DNA from: Octopus vulgaris | Taxonomy: Eukaryota | Direction: 5' to 3' | Length of the DNA stretch: 64,000 bases | NCBI GenBank assembly: GCA_951406725.2 | Contig: OX597836.1 | Coordinates: 30,070,001-30,134,000, forward strand | Shown: positions 24,603 to 38,437 of the stretch, in pieces | How the letters are laid out: each line of letters opens with the position of its first letter | How positions within the stretch are numbered: the first letter of the stretch is position 1 | Position numbers and translations under genes: made by a program | The notes under the pieces: generated by a model | What the model was told of the DNA's origin: nothing | The model's input: only the letters and a program-made list of their open reading frames with translations | The model's database searches: none

Positions 24603-27600
24603 AGCTGTTAATTGGAACATAAACGAAAAGTTCTTTAAAAGCAGATTCTTCAAAGACCAACCAAATTTATTCAGACTCTGTGCATGTGTAAAATTTTTCT
24701 TTCTAGCTATGGCTTTCATTTTAAATTATACTTAAAGACACATTGGAAAATGTAGTCCTAGATACTGTGTAAAGATAGAAAAAAAAAAGGATAAGATACA
24801 CATGGCAGGAAGGCTTTTGATCAAAGGCCTACTCAACAAAGGCTAGATGACAGCAATGTGTTTCACTATGAGCTAAAATGAAGAGCTTCAATACCATTAC
24901 TTGATTCATAATAAATAGCAGCTAAATCTCTCTTAAATCACATCATATCATTTTAAATAAAAAGGAACATGTAGAATAATGTAGTCTGACATATACCTTC
25001 AACCACAGGTAAGCTCAGCTGTGCCAAACCTAGCGATAAACATAGCCCTTGGTATACAATGCCTTGGGTCATAGGTCAGTTTAATTAAGCAAGGCTGACC
25101 AGGAGTAAAACAACAATAACAGCAACATTCACTTTTGATTATGTGCTTTGATTTCTTTCTTGTGCTTTTCCTCTCCAATGTATGATCTGTTCCTACTGTA
25201 GACAATGCTCCAGCATGGCCTTATCTAGGATTACTAAAGCAAACTAAGAAACTAAAGACTGGAAGCACATACAAACACATAGGTAGATACACCCATATAC
25301 AGCTACACACATGCAACCATGAACATAAATTAAAAACTGTCTCTTGTCTTTCCTTATGACTATTACTTATGCCAAAATTTAATGTACTTTTGACACCCAT
25401 TTTCTCATCCAGCATAAGTTACATATATTATTAAATATCACATCTCTCTATGCATATCGTTTTGTGCCAGTCTACAAAGCCAAAACATTCTTAAATCTAA
25501 CCATTTTCTATCAGATCTTTCTTTACTGCAACTACTTTACTTTAATAACCTGTGACATTTCTTCACAATGTATGTATCAACGAGTTATCTATTTGCATTG
25601 TATGTTAAATCAGGAGTTTCTATGTAGTTACTTGACCAGTTAGAAATAGAGGCCAAATCTTGCAAATCACACACACTTAAAATAGAAACTAAGTCTCCCT
25701 CAAAGCACACATACATGCTTAAAATAAAAGCCAAAATTTCCTTCAGGTCACCCACACTTAAAAACAGACCCAAAATCTTCCTCAAATCACATTCTCTTAA
25801 AAAAGAAATGACACATTAAATAAATGTAAGAAAAGAGGAAATGGATGGACATGACCAAAACACTTTATCGTAGGCCTAGCTGGCCTGGAGCTAAAGAACA
25901 ACAGCAGCAACAACCTGTTACACTACATGTCAACAAGGAGCCTTGGACAACATCGGTGGCATGGAGAGGGAAGGCCGGTATGCATGGGCAACTGCTGGTC
26001 TTCCATAAACAACCTTGCCCGGACTTGTGCCTAGGCGGGTAACTTTCTAGGTGCAATCCCATGGTCATTCATGACCGAAAAGGGTCTCCGATAGTTCCAT
26101 ACGAGTTTCTACTGCACCACCTGGTGCACCTGCATGTTCTTGATGTGTGTGTAGCACAGTGTTCTTATTTTTGTGGAGGATGGAGGAGTATAGACTCCTC
26201 CTGTTGGTGTGTATTGCATCAATTTGTTTTATTATGTTGTTTAGTTTGTCTCTTGCATTGTGTTTGTCATTTGTTTGGCTTGAATATGTACAGCAAATTC
26301 TTCAACCAATTCTGACAAGAGAATCTGGTCATTAGCATAGAAAATTTCTCATGGGAATTTGGTCTTAAATACTTATGAAGGAAAGAACTAGGCAGATCTT
26401 AGAATGGGCTATGATGATTTTACAAGCATTCTAAATATATCAATATCTTGGTATAAATTAAAATTTTATGTATTTAATACATACACTCATTACTACTTAT
26501 AGAAATGAGATTTTGTAGCAATCATTATCTTCAACAACATCAGAACAACAAGGGAGCTTCAATGTGGTTCCAAAATTTGTCTGCTAGAAATAGGAGTCAA
26601 AATATCCACCTCAACCATGCCATCTCTACCCTTTTGTTACTACATTTCTATCACAACATATCTCCTTTGTTTCAATTAATTTTGAAATTAATGAATAATA
26701 AAGCAAGCTAACTTAGTCGTTATTGTATTATACTGGGACATAAAGTAAGACGGAATTTTGATGGAAGACTTTCATTCATATCTCTTTAAAGCAAGAAATT
26801 TTACAGCCAAGGTCAGTCTCAAGGAGGCTGGTATCAAAAGAATATTGATAATGTGGTCCTACATGCGTTGACTGAAAAAAGATGGGATGGTCACAACGAG
26901 AAAATCTTTAATCAAAGATCTTCTCAATAAAGACTGACCAATGGCTAAACAACCACCATGAAACCAAAACTAATTGTCAGGCTTTATGAGTCACTCGGGG
27001 GTCTAGTAATAATTATTAAAACGTTTTATTACTCTGTCTGTGACAGTGTTATAGCGGATAGCTTTAGGAAGTTTTGTTTTGAAATTTGAAAAGATAATAT
27101 TTATCATTTAGCAATGTCAATCAATATTAGTCTAAGAGAATTAGTAGCATCCTTGAATTAGCTGAAATGATCTGCATCTTTAATAATCAGAATAGAATAA
27201 AAGTTTTTCAAACCTGGGAAGAAAAACTTAAGCAATGGACAGCCAGTTATAAAAACTGGCCAAGAACAAGATGTCAGCGTATTTAAAGAGATATTTGCCT
27301 CTTGGTTAATTAATTATGAAAACTAATGATACCATGAGCTATTGCAGTTAATTGAAAGTTCTTCATTCTGAATGTGAAAGTGAAGCTGAAGAGATTTAAT
27401 AAAATCAAAATTACGGAACTACTTCAATATAGATCTAAACGATGTAGGCAAACATAAGCAATTTGTTCTGATAGTTGTTTAGGACGTGGTACAGCCCCTG
27501 ATTCAGCAGACATATAAGTGAACATGTTCCAATTGTGATCATCTTGCTTTTTATACAGACTTATCTAAGTTCTTATCCAATGTGTTTTTCCTTTTTCTTT

Positions 27601-27699
27601 AAGGAGGGAGAAAGCTGTAGCCATTATTATTGGCATGGACAAGAAAATAAAAATAAATAAATAAAATGAACTCTTTTTAATTTCTTTGACTACATGTGC

Positions 27700-27990
27700 A
27701 GCATAGAATGCCAACAAGTGATCCTTATCTGCCCCTATCTTTGGCAATGAACTGTAGTTGTCCTTAAGTGCAACCATTTGCCAGTACTTCAGTTTCTGTG
27801 GACCATCTCCTTGTTGTTTATGGTCTGTCATGCTTGTGCTTCCCTTTGGGTGTCCATCAGAGGACTTGTTTTCTAATCTTGGAAACAGGTTTCCATAGAG
27901 TATGTCCTGTCCCAACCAACCTCATTTCCTCCCTATGATCTGGGTTCCAATAGGTTGCTGTTAACTTGTCCCCAAAAAGGCTTTGCTTAT
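27700..27990 (-). mobile_element. Decayed RTE LINE 3' end
   Basis: Reverse translation QPIGTQI..RK*GWLG..KPVSKIRKQVL*WTPKGKHKHDRP matches the RTE motif RKWRWIGHTLRK..RQAL.WNPQGKRKRGRP, which is also seen at 46020-46140. Confidence 0.75.
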
Positions 27991-28199
27991 GAGTTTATCT
28001 TGCCAGCGCCACTGAGGAGCAGACATGGTTGGAAATGAAAGTGGTATGGAAGGTTGTTTGAAGAAATTTTGGGTAAGAGAACCAAACAAAGATTTGCTTT
28101 TGACAGAGAATCTACAGTCTGTAGCCCTCTGTGAAAAGAAAGCCATACTTAACAACGGCATAACCCATAACCAAGGCAAGCAAAGCAGAGAAAGGGGGA

Positions 28200-28760
28200 G
28201 AGTACATGAAAGTCAAACAGGTTAAGAGATGGAATGCAAAGGGAAACAAGTGGAACTATTTAGAGGGGTTTGCCCAAGTAGTGAAAGAAGTGATTAAAGA
28301 CAGAGATGGAAAGACAGTCTTACAAATGAAGTCCCTTAAGATAATTATTCTGAATAATGATGATGATGACAGTAGCAACGTTGAGGGTAAGCAAGGAACA
28401 TGGAAGTTCTGAACTTGTAGTCTGTGTAGCATTAAAACAAGAATTTAGAACAAACTGTGTGAAAATAATATGTTGAATTGTCCTGATGTTTGTGATGAAA
28501 AACATAGAACCAATAGCCATAGGTGAATGTGGCAAACTTGCACAAAGAGAATACTTGCATGCTTTGTTCACCAGAAGAATGAAAAAAAAAAAGTTGAAAT
28601 TGTGCCAATGATAGTGGTAGTGGGTACTCTTGGTATTATTACAAAAGAAATGAAATCATGGTGTGGAGAAGACTAGGATTGATATTCAAAACACAACTAT
28701 TAACAGCAACGGCATTCTTAGGAATTGCAAAAATCCCAAGGAAAGTATTCAAAAAATTGA
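28200..28760 (+). mobile_element. Decayed R4/Dong-type (RLE-encoding) non-LTR retrotransposon 3' fragment
   Basis: Broken frames ELVVCVALKQEFRTN, GECGKLAQREY, VEIVPMIVVVGTLGII and TAFLGIAKIPRKVF match R4-clade motifs AAQEQALRTN, C.KLAQ.EYK.RH, VPIVIGALG and ALLGTARILRKVL. Confidence 0.7.
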
Positions 28761-29331
28761 GTTGACAAAAAATTCCAAAGGACTCATGTTCATTTGTGAA
28801 GACTTTCTCATGGGGTGTAAAAATGACTCAAGGTCTGACAGAGTTCGTGTTAACATATTTCATGCAGGGAACATTATACAGTTAATTAGAAATAATTACG
28901 TGTTAAAGAAAAACCAATATTTATAAGCCAATGACTCATAGTATCTAGAATTATTTCAGCAAGGAACTCATCTGTGAAACAGACTTCACAAGACTTGTTG
29001 AAGCTGTGACCAGAATGACTAAGCAACATGTACATACAATGTTTGACGGTTGGCATAGTTAACTAGAATTGTTTACAGAATAAATAACTGAAAGATGCCA
29101 TTTGCATGAGTAATATTAGTCCAGTTATTGAACACATTAATGTACAAGCATTTATACAGAACTCAAAACAGTTATACATATGTATATATATTTATAAAAT
29201 TAGCTATGACTGGTGCCTTCTGGTGAAACTCAAAGGCTCAGTAAAAAAATTATAAAATCTATATCAAATTTGACTATTATTAGCACTGGGTCCTACTGTT
29301 ATGATGTGTTTTGTTAGTCTTAAAAATCTCT

Positions 29332-29542
29332 TTAACCCTGTAGCATTTAAATAGACCATATCCAGCCCAAATATTCTACTTGTTTTACATTCAAAAAGGT
29401 AAAATCCAGCCTGTCACACCTACCCTACAATTACAATATCATTCTAAATCGCAAAGCTACGAGATTTTGCACAATTAATTCAAAACAATGTGAATAAACA
29501 AACATTACATTTGACAGAGTAATCTGAATGCTTAAGGGTTAA
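29332..29542 (+). mobile_element. piggyBac-like MITE family 1
   Basis: TTAA ccc.gtagcatt ... aatgcttaaggg TTAA. Confidence 0.85.
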
Positions 29543-29595
29543 AATAACAACCTTAAAATTTACATTTAAGTTTATTTGTATGTATATATATATTT

Positions 29596-29845
29596 GTGAA
29601 GGCGTGTGGCTTAGTGTTTCAGGTGTCAGCATAATGATTGTAAGATTGTGGTTTCGGTTCCTGGACTGGGTGACGCGTTGTGTTCTTGAGCAAAACACTT
29701 CATTTCACGTTGCTCCAGTCCACTCAGCTGGCAAAAATAATGCTGTGATGGACTGGCGTCCCATCCAGCTGGGGAACACATACGCCATAGAAACCGTGAA
29801 ACCAGGCCCATGAGCCTGACTAGGCTTTAAAAGGGCGCATTTATT
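29596..29845 (+). mobile_element. SINE family B
   Basis: Matches the reverse of 11749-12017. Further copies at about 39902-40095 and 48973-49225 (+), and 12660-12790 and 43220-43327 (-). Confidence 0.9.
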
Positions 29846-30173
29846 ATTTTTAATATATATTTATTATACACACATTTATTATACACATGTATACATATAT
29901 TACAAATATATACACATGTATATATTTGTAATACTTGCTAAGTGTGGAGGACAGAGCAGTGCTCCTGATCTTTGCAGACTTTCTGAGACCAGTTTGTTTC
30001 AACTTTTATGAAGCCAATACATGCATGAAAGACATGAGCAGGGAGAAGATTTCAGAGGGATAACATTCTGCAGAGGAAGGATTGAAGAGTTAGCACAGAG
30101 CCAAACATGTCTGTGTACAGATTCATGAAAATATACGTGTTTACATAACAAGAGTCAACATTTAGAAATGTGT

Positions 30174-30735
30174 CAGGCATGACAGAGTGGTAAGAAGTTT
30201 GCTTCTCAACCACATGGTTTTGGGCCCAGTCCCACTGTGTGGCACCTTGAGCCAGTGTCTTCTGCTATAGCATTGGGCCAACCAAAGCCTTGTAAGTGGT
30301 AGATGGAAATTTACAGAAAAACAAGAGACAAAGACAGGTGTATAAACAACAAGCAGGTGTATTTGCTTGATGCTCAGGAAGGTGAGAAAGTCTTTTATGT
30401 TTCGGACCTAAGCTCTCCAGCAGAAAGGAATACAAGGAAATAAACAGAGAGAATAAAAAACATTTGTGGATTTAGTGGTCAATCATGGAGACTGTATGTG
30501 TGTGTGTGTATGTGTGTCTGTGTCTCTTTGTGTCTGTCTCCTACCACCACTTGACAATCAATGTTGGTTTGCTTGCATTTCTGTAACCTAGCAGCTCAGT
30601 AAAAGTGAACAACAGAATAAGTCCCAGACTTAAAAAAAAAAAAGGAGCTGGAGCCAATTTGTTTGACTACAAACTCTTGAAGGCAGTGCCCTACCATGGC
30701 GACAGTCTAATAACTGAAACAAGTAAAAAAGATGA
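30174..30735 (+). mobile_element. SINE family A interrupted by a Penelope-like remnant
   Basis: Family A head and tail are separated by the 30305-30490 insert. Confidence 0.8.
30305..30490 (-). mobile_element. Penelope-like pLTR remnant with a variant hammerhead (30391-30428)
   Basis: Reverse reads cttt CTGCTGG AGAGc ttag gtcc GAAA ca TA aaag. It is homologous over about 170 bp to 9232-9410. Confidence 0.55.
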
Positions 30736-31009
30736 AAGGTGCATCTACACACAAACATGAGCCCCTCCCCACCACAGATTATTGAATCTTTTAATTAATT
30801 CCAATAACCTAAAATTTCTTAATAGACAATTATTTCTTCTCTTCCTTCACTCACTTGTAATGATAGTTTTTAATGCTATGCTCTGCTATGCTTGGTCTAA
30901 AACTTGTCAACAGGAGTAACTTTAATGAAACTAATTACTGTTTTGAATCTAAGAAACTACATTCTATGTATGGACTACAAAAAAAAAAAACCGAACGAAT
31001 AAATACATA

Positions 31010-31612
31010 GGTGCAGGTGTTGTTGAGAAGCTTGTTTCCCAACCATGTAGTCTCGAGTTCAGTCCCACTGTGCGGCACCTTGGGCAAGTCTCTTCTACTA
31101 TAGCCTTGGGACAACCAAAGACTTGCTAGTGGATTTGGTAGGCAGAAATTGAAAGAAGCTCATCATATGTGTGTGTGTATGTGTGAAACCACTGCTTGAC
31201 AGCCAGTGTTGGTTTGTTTACATCCTCATAACTTAAAGGATTGGCATCAGAGACCAATAAAATAAGTACTGTAGGGTGGGTTGGGAGGTACATTTGTTAT
31301 TCTAAAACCCTTCAAGGTGATGGCCCAGCATGGTCACAGTCCAATGACCGAAACAAATAAAAGATAAAATAAATAAATAAATCCATAAAGTTTTCAAAGA
31401 AAGTTGATCATGTATTAATTACTACATCTATGTAAACTGTTAAAATGCTGGTGTGTTTACGTCCCTGTAACTTAGCAGTTCAGCAAAAGAGACCGATAGA
31501 ATAAGTACTAGGCTTACAAAGAATAAGTCCTGGGGGTCGATTTGCTCGACTAAAGGCGGTGCTCCAGCATGGCCACAGTCAAATGACTGAAACAAATAAA
31601 AGAGTAAAGGAG
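31010..31612 (+). mobile_element. SINE family A plus a younger 3'-half copy (31446-31612)
   Basis: Two family tails, ending near 31370 and 31612. Confidence 0.85.
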
Positions 31613-31809
31613 TTCTCAGGATATTTTGTTTTTAATGGTTAAATCAGAAATAGATGGGGCAGTGCCCAAGATCCTTTGCAAACATTCTGAGACTGGTGAA
31701 TGGAAAACAAGAAGCTAACCTTAGAACAGAAAACTGATGTCCTAACAATTATGCCCAATTGTTGTTCTGTTATCCTTCTGGAATTTCTTTCCATGTGTTT
31801 TTCTTTTAG

Positions 31810-31872
31810 AAACACTGACTTAAGTCCAAAATCAGTCACATCAGTTCTAGAGGACTCAGCCAGTCTGCAAAG
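31810..31872 (+). CDS. Weak candidate exon (NTDLSPKSVTSVLEDSASLQ)
   Basis: Strong acceptor tttttcttttag, AAG|gtgaag donor, 63 nt with a single open frame. Confidence 0.2.
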
Positions 31873-32039
31873 GTGAAGGGCATACTTCCAACATCATAAA
31901 AGAAAACTGGAGGCAACCAGCTATACAGAATCTCCTTTCAAAGTTTACTTCAAGGTTGATTAATAGAATCATTTGTGTGTGTGCCCAACATGGTCAAAGT
32001 CTAATGACTGAAATAAGTCTAAGAATAAAGAAATATGTT

Positions 32040-32335
32040 GAAGAAGAAGAAGAAGAAGAAGAAGAAGAAGAAGAAGAAGAAGAAGAAGAAGAAGAAGAAG
32101 AAGAACAAAGAGGAAGAAGAGGAGGAGAAGAAGAAGAAGAAGAAGAAGGAAGAGGAGGAGGACAAAGAGGGGAAGAAGAAGAAGAAGAAGAAGAAGAAGA
32201 AGAGGAGGAGGACAAAGAGGAGGGGGAGGGGAAGAAGAAGAAAAAGAAGAAGAGGAAGAGGAGGAGGACAAAGAGGAGGAGAATAAGTATAAGAAGAAGA
32301 AGAAAAAGAAGAAGAAGAAGAAGAGAGGAGAGAGA
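32040..32335. repeat. (GAA)n/(GAG)n polypurine tract
   Basis: About 290 bp that are almost purely purine on the + strand. Confidence 0.95.
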
Positions 32336-32825
32336 GTCATTGTTGGAATGCTTATGATCATGGGTCTGCTAATTCAAGGCCAATCTGAAACTAAGCAATA
32401 TTAACAACTACATTTAGTCATCAATGAAGAAATATGTTTGAAACCTGTGGGGGTCTGAAGTAATTTCTTCAAACAATTAGAATTACCCTCAAGAACTTCT
32501 CAAATTCTTCAAACTGCTTATCTCATTTCCTGTCCCCCACTCCTTAGACCATTGCAGAATCACTGATATTCACGATTCATTAATTTACTGACACACACAG
32601 TTCTAGTGAAATTCCAAGATTAACAGAATACTGTGAAAACAATTTCAACCAAAGTGAAACTTTTATCTCTTCAACCAATGTATATATATATATGTGAGCT
32701 AAAATAATTAAATTCTGTCTTCGATTTAGTAACTTGCAATTAACAAATCAGTTGGAAAACAACATTCACAAGGTCAATGGGAGGAGCAGAGAAATTGCCA
32801 TGTTTGATATAAATTAAAATGGTTT

Positions 32826-33053
32826 TTAACCCTTTAGTACTTAAACTGGCTATATCTGAGCCAAATATTCTATATGTTTTAAGTTCAAACCAGCCAGACC
32901 TGGCTTCTTACACCTAATTTACAATGTCATTCTAAAAGTTAACAATCACATCATTTGAAATCTTGAAGCTACAAGATGATACATGCTTAATTAAAAACAA
33001 TGTGAATAAATAAGCATAACACTGGATAGAGTAATCTGAATGCTAAAGGTTAA
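32826..33053 (+). mobile_element. piggyBac-like MITE family 1
   Basis: TTAA ccctttag ... gctaaagg TTAA. Confidence 0.85.
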
Positions 33054-33073
33054 ATTTTAGAAACTTGTTCAAA

Positions 33074-33476
33074 GGTGCAGGAGTGGCTGTGTGGCAAGTA
33101 GCTTGCTTACCAACCACACGGTTCTGGGTTCAGACCCACTGTGTGACACTTTGGGCAAGTGTCTTCTACTACAACCTTGGGCCGACCAAAGCCTTGTGAG
33201 TGGATCTGGTAGACGGAAACCGAAAGAAGCCCGTCGTATATATGTGTATGTGTATATATATATATATATATATATGTGTTTGTGTTGATCACCCCCCAAC
33301 ATCGCTTGACAACTGAAGCTGGTGTGTTCACGTCCCTGTAACTTAGCGGTTCGGCAAAAGAGGCCGATAGAGTAAGTACTAGGCTTACAAAGAATAAGAC
33401 CTGGGGTTGATTTCCTTGACTAAAGGCGGTGCTCCAGCTTGGCTGCAGTCAAATGACTGAAACAAGTAAAAGAGTA
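33074..33476 (+). mobile_element. SINE family A, near full length
   Basis: A box tggctgtgtgg, B box ggttcagaccc, CORE-like ttgggcaagt, internal (TA)n and tail gaaacaagtaaaagag. Confidence 0.95.
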
Positions 33477-34254
33477 ACACTTTGGTAAAGAAAGAAAAGT
33501 TATAAAGAGGCAAAATAATTTCCCTGGTATGTGTGCGAGAGAGAGAAATACACACATTTTACAGGCACTCTGTGAAGTGTTTGGCATTAGGAAGAACATC
33601 CAGCTGTAAAGAACCATGCAAAAGTAGATACTGGATTTTTGTGCAGCCCTCTGGCTCACTGGTTCCTGTCAAATCGTCCAACCTATGCCAACATGGAAAA
33701 CGCATGCTAAGCGGTTATGACATGTACAACTGGCTTCTTTCTGTACCATTCCTGTGTACCAAATCTCTACTACAAAGGTATTCATCCTCCAAACACTATA
33801 ACAGAAGGCACAAGCCCAAGGTATTATGAAATGAAGAGCTGGAGAATCAAGTGGTTGCATAGGAAATTTCTTAACCACAAAGCTGTGCCTGCAGATATGA
33901 CTGCAGTAAATATTCATATATATATATATATATATATATAGATAACTTTTAACATTTTTTAAAAATATCATATAAGGCTAAATTCATTTCTAGCATTTAC
34001 CATGTTTTGATAATGGAGTCTTTTCACGCTGTAAAATAATAGCCAGCAATTTCATAAAACCATTTTTTTTCTTTTCTTTTTTTTGTGGCATAAATTGAAA
34101 TATGAAGAATTACAAGAAAATAAGGAAATATGGAATTTTTATGGATTCATTCTTCTGTAGACAAATTACATTCCCATTTCAAATCTATATTGCTACACTT
34201 AAATTATCACTAACATCATTATGTGTATGTATGAATAGAAAAATAAGTATGAAT

Positions 34255-34640
34255 GAAGACATGTATATACATGTGTATGTGTGTATATGTATGTATATAT
34301 CTTGTATGTATGTATGTATGTATATATATATCTTACATGTATGTTTGTATATATATATCTTGTATGTATGTATATATATATATATCTTACATGTATGTTT
34401 GTATATATATATCTTATATGTATGTATATAAATATATGTGTATGTATGTATATATATATGTATATATATAGATATATAATATATATATTTATATATATAT
34501 ATATACACAACCATATATGTGTATTATACATATATTAGATATAGATAGATATACTCCCAACAAAAATATGTGTGCATGCACACTCACTTCACAAAATGTG
34601 TGCGTGTGTGTGTGTGTCTGTGGGTGTGTGCTTGTGTGCA
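34255..34640. repeat. Compound TA/GTAT microsatellite
   Basis: Directly visible, with repeated tcttacatgtatgtttgtatat units. Confidence 0.9.
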
Positions 34641-35847
34641 TATGCAGAAATATAGAGATATAATGAAGTAACTTGTAACTCTGAGCAAACTTGCTATATG
34701 TATAAATCTCCAATATTCAAGTATGGAGAAGAGAGGTGTATATAGCAGGACAAAAATGTTTATAGAGAAAAGATTCCAAGGTTTTTTCTATTTGTTCTAG
34801 TTTTTTTTCTTCTTATTCTTTTCTAAACATGACAAAAAAAAAGTACAGGTAAAATATGTCTGTACTATGTCCTCTGTTTTATTTCATGAACAAACATGAG
34901 TATTTCTATACACACACAGTATACTGATAACAATAGCCACAGCTTACAACAAAAGTAGTGGTGGCTGTGGGGATTGGTCGTGGTGGTGGGGATTGGTGGT
35001 GGTGGTGGTGGTTGGGATTGGTGATGGTCTTGGTGGTGGAGGTGGTAGTGGTAGTTTTCGTTTTTAATAATAATAAGAAGAAGAACAATAATAATAAGGA
35101 ATTTGAATTTCTGGGGCCCAGCAAACAGGTAGAGAGAGCTGTTCTGTCAATTGTAATTCAATAGGAAAGTATTTTGACAGTTGAACAGAAGATTGTATTT
35201 AGAGCACATTTCAGTAGTAGAAAAAAAGAAAAGAAAAGAAGGAAATGAGGGGAGGGAGAGAAGAAGGTAAGGGAGAAATGGGGTGGGGGTGGGGGTAGAC
35301 CACAAAGAAAAAAAATAAACTAGTTGAGAGAGGGAGAGAGTGAGAGAGAGAGAGAGAGACAAGAAGGGGCAGAGGGAGAAAATGATTTTAATGAGAGAAA
35401 AGGGTGCCATGCAAGTAAAAATGTTTGAAAGCTTCCTAAGGAGGTGGAAATGAGGAAATGAAAAGCAGTGAATTGCTAAAATGTTAATTATGGCAATTAA
35501 TATTTGATCTTTGAAAGTGGAATTATATCAACTTGCATTTTTTTTTTTTGTTTGTAATTTGCATTTTGAGATAATATTTCTTTGGTTTTTGTTTTGTCGT
35601 CATTTCATATTCTGTTAATAAATTGATAAATTTAAATATGGAAAATATAACATTTTGCTTACAATTAACATCCATATCCCACTCTCTTTCTCTTTCTCTC
35701 TCTCTCTCTTGCCAGACACACACACCAAGCAGGCTTTTAAAAGTTCCATGTTGAAGATATAAAAATGTAGTTATAATTTCTATTTCATGACATTCGGAGA
35801 CAACACATTCAAACAAGTAAAAAGGTTTTAGAAAAATATAAGAATAT

Positions 35848-36242
35848 AGGCTCAGATATAGCTGTGTGGTAAGAGGTTTACTTCCAAACCACATGGTTTC
35901 AGGTTCAGTCCCACTGCGTGGCACCTTGGGCAAGTGTCTTCTACTATAGCCCTGGGATGACTAAAGCCTTGTAAGTGGATTTGGTAAACAAAATGAATGA
36001 AGCCTGTTGTGTATATGCGTATGTGTCATTGTGTCTGTCCACTACCACTGCTTCACAACCAGTGTTGGTGTGTTTATATCCCTGTAACTTAGCAGTTCAG
36101 CAAATGAGACCAACAGACAAGTACCGGGCTTAAAAAAAGGAAACGTACTGGGGTCGATTCAGTTGACTAAAAAATTCTTCAAGGCAGTGCCCCAGCATGG
36201 TCACAGCCACAGTCTAATGATTGAAACAAGTAAAAGATAAAG
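35848..36242 (+). mobile_element. SINE family A
   Basis: Full head, core and tail layout. Confidence 0.9.
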
Positions 36243-37029
36243 CAGAGAAGTTTTATGGTAATTTAACCTTTAATAATCCTTAACAAATGCTGTATATATA
36301 GGTGCAGTGTGAGGGGCACACTGAGCTGTTGCTCAGAATCCTCATACATCTAGTGGTCCAGTTCTGATCTATGTATATTGTGGCTTGCTGTCAATTTATA
36401 AATATTCTAGGGTCCAGTGCATTGATTTGCCCTAGGACCTATAATGCTATTAAGATGCCTCTGTAAGAGTATACTCTAGCACTGGCTTGGGAAGCACTTC
36501 CCCCACACACATACACACCACAATATTTTTTTTCAGGGTGACAATGAAAATGCCTTTAACATCCATCTCCATGAAAAAATATCACTGTCAAAATGAACAA
36601 GTGCAGAAACATTTTTGCATTCATTCAATTTTTAAAATAATCTATTTTGAAAATGAGCGATTTGACTGCTATTTCCAGCAATTTAAACAACCAAGTAGAG
36701 ACTCCTCTTGACATATGGACTGACTTTTTTTAACGATGAAAAGAGAGATAGATTACAAGGATGCACTTGAAGATAAAGTGTTTTGATCTGAGATCAATGC
36801 TAAAACTAAAGCGATTGTAGTGTGGAAGATGTAAGTTAGCCATTCAGAAACACACTAAGACCATCAACTTCACTTAATTATTTATTTGTAATTTACAGCA
36901 TCAAAAGTTTTGTTACTTGAAACTGCAACCTATTTGAACCAGCAAACCTATGATCAAGGCCTTACCCCACAATGACCATCCTGCATTTTTTCTTTGCATA
37001 TACACACACACACATATATATACACACAG

Positions 37030-37250
37030 GGGGCAAGCTGTCAGAAACGTTAGCACGCTGGGCGAAATGCATAGCCATATTTCGTCTGCTGTTACATTCT
37101 GAGGTCAAATTCTGCTGAGGTCGACTTTGCCTTTCAGGGTCGATAAATTAAGTACCAGTTATGCACTGGGGCCGATGTAATCGACTTAATCCGTTTGTCT
37201 GTCCTTGTTTGTCCCCTTTGTGTTTGGCCCCTTGTGGGTAGTAAAGAAAT
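37030..37250 (+). mobile_element. SINE family M
   Basis: cagaaacgttagcacgc..gtcgataaattaagtaccag..gtaaagaaat. Confidence 0.85.
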
Positions 37251-37342
37251 ATACATACACACACACACATATATACATACAGTTTAGAGATCTAATAGAG
37301 GTATAATCAACAAAAATAGTACTCCATCCAGTGAGAGTTAAA

Positions 37343-37510
37343 TATCAATTTAATACTCAACTGAAAGAGCTATTAATAGTTTCACGGTTTTAAGATACCC
37401 AAACAGGCTTCAGTGGAGATACATGATATATTCTATAAATATACCTGTTCAAGTATCATGAAAGCATGAAACTATTAGTAGCTCTTTTGGTTGTGCATTA
37501 AATTGAAATA
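37343..37510. repeat. Inverted repeat (about 65-bp arms) with hammerhead-like 3' half-motifs
   Basis: tcaatttaat..gagctattaatagtttca..aacagg pairs with cctgtt..tgaaactattagtagctc..attaaattga. Confidence 0.8.
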
Positions 37511-37519
37511 TATATATAT

Positions 37520-37890
37520 GGGTGGTTGTGTGGTAAGTAGCTTGCTTACCAGCCACGTGGTTCCAGGTTCAGTCCCACTACGTGGCACCTTGGGCAAGTG
37601 TCTTCTACTATAGCCTTGGGCCAACTAAAGCCATGTGAGTGGATTTGGTAGACAGAAATTGAAAGAAGCCCATCGTATATATGTGTGTGTGTCCGTGTTT
37701 GCCCCCCCCCCAATATCCTTTGACAACTGATGCTGGTGTATTTACGTTCCCATAACTTAGCAGTTTGGCAAAAGAGACCAATAGAATAAGTAATAGGCTT
37801 ACAAAGAATAAGCCCTGGGGTCGATTTTCTTGACTAAAGGCAGTGCTCCAGCATGGCCACAGTCAAATGACTGAAACAAGTAAAAGAGTA
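37520..37890 (+). mobile_element. SINE family A
   Basis: Full layout. Confidence 0.9.
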
Positions 37891-38373
37891 TATATATATA
37901 TTTATATATATATTTATATATATATTTATATATATATATATATATATATATAGTAGAACCTGACAGTACGAGTACACCATTGTACGAGTAATTTGCTGTA
38001 CAAGCCAAGACTCGTGCGAATTTTTGTCTGGAAGTATGAGCGGAAATTCACAGCACGAGCACACAACACATCCCATCTTTACAGTAATTCAGTTAATAAA
38101 ACCAGTTTACATATTTCTTTTGCATTCTCTTTTTTTTTTTATGATTGTCATTCTACTTGTAACTACACCTTTTTCTGTTTTAAAACCCATAAAAAAAAAT
38201 TATTTTTCGAGTGGTTTTTGGAGGCTGGAATGGATTAATTATATTTTAGTTTAACTTCAATAGGGAAAATTGATTTATAAAACAAGTAAATTGTAAGATG
38301 AAATCGGTCATGGAGCAAATTAAACTCTCACTGTGAAGTATCATTGTATATATGTGTGTGTGTATATGTATGT

Positions 38374-38437
<64 letters not shown>

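Noticed and set aside
26090-26312. Minus-strand exon-like segment with an acceptor at about 26312
   Set aside because: All frames from the acceptor hit stops. It may be a decayed element that I cannot classify.
31956-32361. Poly-E/K/S/L ORFs
   Set aside because: A (GAA)n tract open in several frames, with no splice or domain evidence.
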